A DNA stretch of 64,000 nt. It comes from Tubiluchus corallicola. Taxonomy: Eukaryota; Animalia; Priapulida. Location: assembly GCA_030141605.1 (NCBI GenBank), contig JAQGDQ010000470.1, positions 62,001 through 126,000 on the forward strand. Reading direction: 5' to 3'. Positions 55,418-64,000 of the stretch are shown piece by piece (positions within the stretch are counted from its first letter, which is position 1; each line of letters begins with the position of its first letter). The translations under genes and the position numbers were made by a program. The notes beneath the pieces are model-generated. The model was not told where the DNA came from, ran no database searches, and saw only the letters and a program-made list of their open reading frames with translations.

Positions 55418-55609
55418 ATGTTTGATGTGGTGCTTCCGTTATTAATGATTTGTGTGCTGGTTTTTGTTTATTTATTAAAAGAAAGGCGAGATCGCGAAAA
55501 ACATGTTGAAGACAAAGGAGGCACAATAGCAGTTGAACAAGAGTTTGTACTCGATTCGGAAAAATACCAAGTTGAGGATGTGCTGCACGAAAACGGAATA
55601 TCTTTGTAG
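55418..55609 (+). CDS. Candidate 63-aa single-pass membrane microprotein
   Basis: ATG in agcaaaATG context, a hydrophobic stretch (VVLPLLMICVLVFVYLL) followed by KERRDREK and an acidic tail, and an upstream CTTCCGG motif. Confidence 0.4.
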   Translation: MFDVVLPLLMICVLVFVYLLKERRDREKHVEDKGGTIAVEQEFVLDSEKYQVEDVLHENGISL

Positions 55610-55885
55610 AGGATTGATGGGTGAAGAATTATATATATATATATATAAAAGCTTCTGTATAGGTTTGTATTTGCATGTATAACAACGATGAAATTAGCTC
55701 CAGCAAGCGTTTTCTGTTAAGTGATAAGACAGGCCAGAATCTTTGGTAGTTTATTCCACTTTTCAATAGAAAGTCACTGTCCATATTCTTGAAATAATTG
55801 TAAGCAATGGCGTTCGACGTTAATATGTGGAATACCCCAGAATTTACAAGCTTTGCAGAATGAAACTTAGGTAAATTTTGAAGAC

Positions 55886-55978
<93 letters not shown>

Positions 55979-55983
55979 TCTTC

Positions 55984-56014
<31 letters not shown>

Positions 56015-56565
56015 TAGGGTGTCTCAAAAACCACTATACACTTTGAATTCGAATTTCCTTTGTAAATTTTTCGCCAGTCTCAGTAAGCTCTTTCACGATT
56101 GAAAAGGAGCATTTGACAATAATTCTTTTTATTTATTTTTCGATTGGAACCCTGTTGCTATGGCGACGGCAGTAAATCTAGTAACGAGACGCAAAATTAG
56201 CCTGGCATGAGGCCCTTGGACACCAACTGAAATTTGGAACTGCACAGTATGGACCACTTTATCTCACTGTTAACAATGTAGTTTTTCGACAAGTATAGCT
56301 ATCGTCACTTCTCCCAGGCTGTGAGAGACTTTCTCAATGCAAGATGCCTAACTCGTCATGCAGATTTGTCTCTGAAGTTTTGAGGTCTCTGAAGGAGGTA
56401 GCAAAAATACCAAACCCTGCTAATGCAGTAGTTCCTTTCAGATTTTCATCAAATTTGATTAAAATAATTATGCAAAGTTTTAGTTCATCTGTACCGATTT
56501 TCAGACACTTTGCTTTGCTTGTTAAAAAAACAGAAATGTAAAGCGGTGACTTCTGGGACACCCTG
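56015..56565. mobile_element. Tc1/mariner-type MITE
   Basis: TIRs (t)agggtgtctcaaaaa / ttctgggacaccctg with TA flanks. The left end abuts a (TA)n run. Confidence 0.7.
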
Positions 56566-56699
56566 TATTTGCATCGTGTGAATTGGGAAGCAAATTCTTC
56601 CGTATTACATTTCTTTCCGCGATTTTCAAAATGGGAGCAAAGTTCAAATATTCATGTGAAATGGTAAAATTGTCAGCTTATTTGGCTTCATGTATCCTA

Positions 56700-57010
56700 A
56701 GAATTACCTGTGTAAGACCAGAGTTTTTTTGTACTTTGGTTCTTTTACACAACGAGTTCGTAGCAAATGAAAGTTTGGTCTGTGTCCATGTCCCAGTTTT
56801 TGAATACCAAGAATTATGTGTGTAAGACCAGAGTTTTTCTGTACTTTGGTTCTTTTACACAACGAGTTCGTAGTAAATGAAAGTTTGGCCTGTGTCCACG
56901 TCCTAGTTTTCGAATACCAAGTATTATGTGTGTAAGATCAAAGTTTTTCTGTACTTTGGCTCTTTTACACAACCAGATAGTACATAGTAATAAAAATTTT
57001 GGTCCGTGTC
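56700..57010. repeat. 110-bp tandem repeat, about 2.8 copies
   Basis: tgtaagaccagagtttt... starts at 56711, 56821 and 56931. Confidence 0.88.
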
Positions 57011-57659
57011 TTAGACAGAGATGCACTCTGTTTTGACAAAAAGACATAAATCTTTTTGACGTTTGGAATTCTGCTATTACATAGACTACTTAAGACTCGT
57101 GTTCACGGCTGCTTGACAACACTTTATAAAAGCTCTTACATATTTTATCTTTCCCCCGGATCCATGCTGCCAAGTTTGACGAGTATTTATATTATATTTA
57201 CCATTAAGGTTCTTAAGTCTTTAAACCTGCGTGTCAAAGAGCGTGAACGTCAAGGTCGAAACACGCTTTCACGAACTTTCACAAGTACTGGCTAAAATTA
57301 AATAAAAATAGCACTTTTCAAACCACTTGTCGGATTAAGGGAATCCAGAAAGAAAGAGAGCCAATCACGAATAATTCCAGCATCACGCACTTCATAATGG
57401 TTGGCATGCCAGTTTCAAGGTCGTTCAAATAATGGAATGAAAAGGAAGGATTTCAACTGGAAAACTCGGGATGCGACTACATGCCTTGATAAATGTAAAA
57501 CAAACTGGGTGAGTTATTTGACGTTGTACGCTTGCCTGGCATGTAGGAACAAGGTAAGTAGAACTAGCAGACTTAGTAAACTTGCAATGTTTTTTTGCCA
57601 TTTTAACAGAACTTGCAAGTGCACGTACCTATTAAAGTAAGTAGATAATTTAGTGTTAA

Positions 57660-58121
57660 AGGAAAACCGGACGATTGTTTAGATTCAATCTCATTTTAAC
57701 TTACTGTCAAAAATATACATTTTGTTGCTTATAAAAGTTAGCAATTGTTTTTTTATATTTGAATAATAAGCTTAGAAAGTTAATTAACGGTAACTGAACA
57801 CAGCTATTGCTTACGCCATAAACTAACCACAGTTTGTGCAATAGTAGGCATCTTCTCTTGAGCGTCGAGCACGGCTCTACATCATATGACGTCAGAAATT
57901 AACACTGCAGTTTATGGACATGTTTGAAACGGTACGCCGATGTGACAAAAATGCACGGTTGCCAATCTTAGTAGATTCACTGAGCCGCGCGTAGCATTTA
58001 AAGTTTAACAAAATTTGAGTATCCGAGGTACCTATTATTTAACCTAAGCTTTGATTTCAATATTTTACAGCATTCTTTATTCTGAACTATTATTCTGTTT
58101 ACACAATCATCCGGTTTTCGT
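57660..58121. mobile_element. Kolobok/T2-type MITE, copy D
   Basis: TTAA|aggaaaaccggacgattgt ... acaatcatccggttttcgt|TTAA; collinear with 18471-18989 apart from internal deletions. Confidence 0.88.
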
Positions 58122-58515
58122 TTAAATTTACTGACCTCACTTTTGTATGGAAGAATAATCACGACTATTACACTGTTACAGCTGACTTTTGGTTAGAAAA
58201 TCTCAATTACTGTGCTGGAAGAAGTTTCTCTTCGTCTGCATAATTTGGTTTAAACATGTATTTTTTATTTGATCAAAAAATAGATTTTACCGTAATATAT
58301 TTTTAGTAAAAAGAAATAAAATAAAACATCCAATTAGCACAGAAGGACTTGCCCATTTTAAGTCCTCTGGACTGACTGACGCTTTTCATTTGTAATTTTT
58401 ATAATAAATTTTTCGTTTCATTATTTAATGCATAGTTAGTTAAATTAACACACGTTTTAATTCTAATTCAGACTAATTCAAGCTCAAAGCTGACTTCGAC
58501 CTAGTCCATATTATA

Positions 58516-58595
58516 TGTGTGTGTGTGTGTGTGTGTGCGTGAGTTTGTGTGTGTGTGTGTGTGTGTGTGTGCGTGCGTGCGTGCGTGTGTGTGTG

Positions 58596-58668
<73 letters not shown>
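58516..58668. repeat. (GT)n microsatellite
   Basis: Seen directly in the sequence. Confidence 0.95.
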
Positions 58669-58669
<1 letters not shown>

Positions 58670-59018
58670 ATACAAATTATCTTATACATCAGTTTTTCAA
58701 AAGTTGACGTAATTATTTAAATGCACTGTTAACCCCACCTAAAACAAGATTCCTAATTTCTGCCTAATTTCAGGACAGCGCTGAGTGAGATTCGTTGATT
58801 AGTTGCTGAGATGCGCCTTAATTAAAAAAAGCCATTCCTTCCATCATACCTAATTCGAGCAAAGTGTAATTTGTTATCAAAATCAATAAATCGATAATTA
58901 TACTAAATAACGATGCCACTAAATGATAGTACAGTTTGTCGTAATACAAAAATGTAGTTATAATTATCAGTTTAATGTAATAGTTATGAGATGAATGACA
59001 TTTTTTGTTTCTAGAACA

Positions 59019-62000
59019 ATGGCTCTGCTACAACGCAATATTTGCTTTTCTCTCATCTTACTAATCAGTACAGGTAAGTTTAATACATACGTAAAAATCA
59101 GTATGTTATGTAAATTCGCTACATGCAATATGACAAAAAACTTCAATCATACCAGAATCGGCAGTCTAATCTGGTTGAGTCGAAAGCATTATCCGAATTT
59201 CAAAAGGAAGGAAGTCAACAAGTTGACATCTTGCACAAAAGTATGACAAAAGAACAACAGCAACAATGACGCAAGTAACTACTAAATCTGTGTGAGTGAT
59301 TTAACTAATATGTGAGTGAATATGTTTGCTCAAAATGACCGAATATGTCTAATTTATTAAAAATCGGGACCGGATTTATCTACTTGCGGTCCCTAGGCCA
59401 AACTCGCCAGTGGGAACCCAAATTTATAGAAGTGTTGGCATATCTTAGTATCTAATATATATACGACCCACCAGAGGGCTATAGCCTCGTAGTTTGCCAG
59501 TGTGGCCTTATACTTATTGTACAGGGCTCCCATACACCAGGCCCTGTACTTATTCTATAGGGGCATTTATGGTTTTGAAACAAGGTTATATACTGACACG
59601 CTGCTATAGGTAATTCAGGCCCTGTAAATAATTCTAAACAATCAAATGTGGGTATGTAATTTAATACAGACCTAGCTTTAGTTTAAAACTTGGCTTCACA
59701 GTACGCTCTGGCACCAGTGTAGCTTTAGTTTAAAACTTGGCTTTACAGTATGCTCTGGCACCAGTGTAGCTTTAGTTTACAATTTGGCTTCACAGTAAGC
59801 TCTGGCACCAGTGTAGCTTTAGTTTAAAACTTGGCTTCACAGTACGCTCTGGCACCAGTGTAGCTTTAGTTTAAAACTTGGCTTCACAGTACGCTCTGGC
59901 ACCAGTGTAGCTTTAGTTTAAAACTTGGCTTCACAGTAAGTTCTGGTACCAGTGTGAAATTGTGCGTCGAGTTTCCGCGTACTGCAGGGAGACAAAGGAG
60001 TTAAGACACGACAGGACGTCCCCCGAGTTATAAACATCCTCATTTCAGAATTTTATCTCCAAGGACAAAATCATACATAACACTAGAAAGTCGCAAACGC
60101 ATCTGTCACGATCATTTTGCTTCAAATGAATTTGAACAGTATAGCTTTTATTAAAGTCTCATTTCTTCTCCAACTTTTAATACTGAAGACAATATAACGA
60201 CTGTAGAAATTTACAACGAAACGAGTAACGTTTAAAACTCGTATATCATCCTACTGGTAACAGATGATAGTCGACAGATGTAACACTGTAGGCCCTCAAT
60301 TTAAATGAATATAACAGTCATTACAGCATAAAAATTGTTACAAAATTTGTAATAAAAAGAATGCATTAACTTTTCTGGTTGACCAATAATTTGGGTGTCA
60401 TTCTTAAACTTGTAACATTGGGATGCGAGGTGGGCAGATGTACACTTTTAAACTAAGTTTTTATGTGAATGTTTTATCTAAACGACCCGATATATTATCT
60501 AAAGCTAAACAGCTAAAGTATCATTTGGTCAATTTTTCTCAAATCAAGTTGTACTGATTTGGAACTCATTGCCTGCATATGTTGATGGTGCACCCCTCGT
60601 AACTGCACAAAATATTAAGTTATTTAAAAGTCGCTTATATAAAGTTAACTTGCATAAATTCCTTGTGCACAATAGACACATCTAAGCAGTTAATCTCTCA
60701 GTGTCTTTACTAAACTCTTGTAAATATCTTATTTGTATGTGTTACGCCAACGTGTTTTGTATAATATATTGTTTTTGTTGTAGACTGTATTTTACTATTG
60801 GGAGTGAATAAAATAAATAAATAAATAAAAATAAAGTCTTATATGTTTTAACGAAAATCAGCTTTTTGTATGAATGTCAATCACTTTACAAAAAATGACT
60901 AGCTAATTATAACTAACAGCATAATTATAATTACAATTATAATATGGTGATTATGTGGACATTATTTAGACATGATTATACATGAATTTCGAGCAGACGG
61001 TGATTGTGACAAATATAATGCTTCGTTGTGCTTTTTGCAGTTCCCATAAGCAGATCTCAACAAGATGGCTACGAGGATTCATTTACGTCACCACAACCAG
61101 TACTGCAAGTTGAAATTGACGAGGAGCTTCAGGTACAGAGAACGAAATTATTGAATTTTTGCAGTCTTATTTTTCTACAGTGCGTAGACTAATTTTAATT
61201 TATGCAGTTAATATTGAAATTAGCATATTCTGCATCATTAGCCTTTAAAAATAGACGAGGCAATCACTTATCCACAATTTACGTCTGTAATAATGTAAAC
61301 TGATGCACTTCAATATAACACAGTCAAACTGTGCATATAGTGTATATAAGATGCCGAGATATTCAATAATTTCGAGGCATATATTGCGAAATGTTTACCG
61401 TTTCTGAGTGTAACATATAGTAGCATCAAAACGCCTTGTTACAAGCCCTGATATAAAAAAGGTTCAGGCGCAGGGCACTAATAGCACCTCTAGAATATTT
61501 CTTGTTTTGTTGTTCTGGTCTAACGTGAAAGTTTTTTAAATATTAAGTAGCTATAATCATGGAGCAGGGCAGGGAAGGACCATAGGGTCATCTAGTCTCC
61601 TGCCCTTTCTTATATATAGATTAGTCTATTAAAAATTAACGGTGATGCTGCAGGTAACAAAAACAAAAACAACTAAGAAAAAAGGATAATAAAAACAATA
61701 TAAATGATACAAATTATCCAAAAAACTAAAAAAAAGTTGGATACCAAAATCTAAACAAAACAATACAATTATTAGGATTATCATATGTAGTAGTTTCAAA
61801 TGGGGTCTTATTAACAGGGGAATTTGACCAAGATTAATGAGTAAAGGTTACTTGAAAGGTCTTCTAAGAAAGCCTAATGCTGACTGGAAAGGTGACTCTT
61901 CCGTTTGACATAAAGAAATGATTTGTTGAACTTTGTTTAATCTGAGTTTAAATTTAAACATTGATACGTGAGCGTAGGCAAACGTGAACAAATAATCGTT

Positions 62001-62390
62001 TCAAACCAGTTTCACTACTAGAAATCACCTTATCATTTGTCCGAAATTCATCATTCATGAAAACTGAACTTAACGGAAGGTTCAAGGATAATTAAGATGT
62101 ATGTAGATAATTAGCAATAGAGACACTTGAGTGTTGAGGTTCATGCACCATTTGATGCTTCGGGTACCTTCTTATCATCCAAGCATCGTCGGCAAGTACT
62201 TTTCTGAATCCTGTAATATCAACAAATTTGTTTTTGCCACGTTTCCCAATATACCACAGACCTCAGAAATCACCTGGTGCGCAATTAAGTAGTAGTAGTG
62301 GTAGTGGTAGTGGTAGTGGTAGTGGTAGTGGTAGTGGAAGTGGTAGTGGTAGTGGTAGTGGTAGTGGTAGTGGTAGTGGTAGTGGTAGTG

Positions 62391-62426
<36 letters not shown>

Positions 62427-63819
62427 CTAGTAGTAGCAGCAGCAGCCGCAGCAGTAGTAGTAAAATCTTTATTTACCATTTTAAAAACATTGACCATCAT
62501 ATTAAAAGACAGAAAATCAGTTTTAGTTCATACAAAAAACATACACTGTTCTGGGCAAATGCGTCTGGTGCAAACTAAACTATAAGTGCAACTAGAAATT
62601 CAAAAATAAAATATAAACTAGTTTAGTAAGGTCTAGGAAAAATGAAATTTTGATTTGAGTAAGTATCATCGTGTTCGTATGTCGGATATTCAAAACGAGT
62701 CATAAATGTTTTTTATAGTTTTTTAGACTTGAATAGTGATAAAGAGCTGCTGTGTTTTAGTGATGTCGGTAATGAATTCCAAAGTTGTATTGCTTGCTTA
62801 CGTAATGCTATTCTTTCCATATTGATTGTTCGTTCTCACGTTTCTTAAATTTAGTGGTCTGTTATTCATACTGGGGGTTTTAAGAAGTGAGAGCTTATTG
62901 TTTTTGAAAGGAGAATTAATATTGTTGATATATTTATAAAGAAACAAGAGATGATGCTAAAGTTGTTAGAGGTATTGCAAATGCAAAAACTGAAAAACGT
63001 ATGAAAACAGAAGACAAAAATCCCAACACATAAAGACTAAAAAGCAGAGCACGAACAGAAAATAATGCCGCTTCTATGAATCAAATTTAAGAGCTATGAA
63101 TAGTTTTTTGAAGTGAAAAGTTACATCTCGAAAGGGTATACATAGCTCTTTAGAATGAGGAAGAACAGGGCTACCCTTTTGAGCTACATTTTAGGACACG
63201 TCTACCAAGAGGAGCTGTGACGAGTTAGTTAGATGTTCTATTTTTGGCAATTTTCGCTTAGAAAACTGCTGACGCAAAGCCATTGTTCTGACGTCATCCA
63301 TTATACTCTGCCTATAACTTTAATTCAGTAAAAGCTGCTGCTGGCTTTGCGTTATAAATGAGGACTATACAGGATGTTCGCGTATTATTGATTATCAGTG
63401 TATTTGCACGCAAATTTTTTTACGGGGCCTTTGCTAGTTATCTATTAAAGGGATTACTAGACAACTAATCAACAGGATCTATTGTTCTTGCTAATGATTT
63501 TGCTTAAAATTCATCTATTTTAAGAATTTTTTTCGTTGTATGTTATACGGTTTAACTGCATTCCTCCACATAATTCGAGACGCTTTTAGATTTTCATGTA
63601 ATTTTTGAAGCAAACGAAATGGTCACTGAACGGTAGGTATAAATAAGTACAGCTAAACAAAATAGAGGAATACAGGTATACACTTAAAAACAAATCACCT
63701 ACTTTTCCAGTACACGAAATGTAAATTTCTTCAAAATTCTATTACAGTTAATCAGACTTGTCTCAGAGGAAAACATGGATGGTATGGAACCAGTTAACAG
63801 TTTGCATGACTACAAGATG
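59019..63819 (+). CDS. 5' part of a predicted secreted protein; exons 59019-59073, 61041-61132 and 63748-63819, continuing beyond the window
   Basis: Three GT-AG-bounded, phase-compatible exons give MALLQRNICFSLILLISTVPISRSQQDGYEDSFTSPQPVLQVEIDEELQLIRLVSEENMDGMEPVNSLHDYKM, a signal-peptide-like start followed by an acidic segment. Confidence 0.55.
59673..59954. repeat. 47-bp minisatellite, 6 copies
   Basis: Unit tagctttagtttaaaacttggcttcacagtacgctctggcaccagtg starts at 59673, 59720 and so on to 59908. Confidence 0.93.
60350..60835 (+). mobile_element. Probable decayed CR1/L2-type LINE 3' end
   Basis: tggaactcattgcct (WNSLP) motif, then a UTR ending in (AATA)n. Confidence 0.45.
62288..63110 (-). 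mobile_element. Probable L2-type LINE 3' fragment with an expanded (TAC)n/(TACCAC)n tail
   Basis: The minus strand gives QLWNSL at about 62780. AATAAA at about 62470 lies just before the microsatellite at 62288-62460. Confidence 0.5.
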
Positions 63820-64000
63820 GTAAGTTTCTACCAAAAATTCTCCAAAATTGCATAAGCAAACGAGGTTTAAAATAGAGGCAAGATCGGAAATGCACTGAGG
63901 GGAAAACTGATGCAAGACCGAGTCCAGTACTGCTCGTATTCAGGTTTCAAAACCCGTCTGCTGTTTCCATTACCATGCAGTACACGTGAATGCCTTGTTC

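Overview
AT-rich animal genomic DNA, probably an invertebrate; the 5S-like sequences resemble lophotrochozoan 5S rRNA. The left half is a compact cluster of housekeeping genes: the first exon of an unidentified minus-strand gene, ArfGAP2/3 (2 coding exons), EDC3 (7 coding exons), MAEA (2 coding exons, minus strand) and an intronless membralin/TMEM259. The right half holds two paralogous four-TM (MS4A/CD20-like) genes, an intronless peptide-type class A GPCR, a candidate single-pass microprotein and the first three exons of a secreted protein. Repeats include TTAA-flanked Kolobok-type MITEs, hAT, pogo and Tc1-type elements, a probable solo LTR, LINE 3' fragments with microsatellite tails, a Meta-domain tRNA SINE and three copies of a 5S-headed SINE. 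The strongest observations are: (1) a composite MITE in EDC3 intron 4 carrying a GC-rich coding fragment that resembles the C-terminal accessory domain of perivitellin-2-like MACPF proteins; (2) a 5S-rRNA-derived SINE family; (3) about ten unrelated local tandem amplifications, several of which multiply a splice donor, a stop codon or a coding segment; (4) inverted MITEs bracketing an in-frame two-exon cassette of EDC3. All family assignments come from reading the sequence and from recall; no searches were run.
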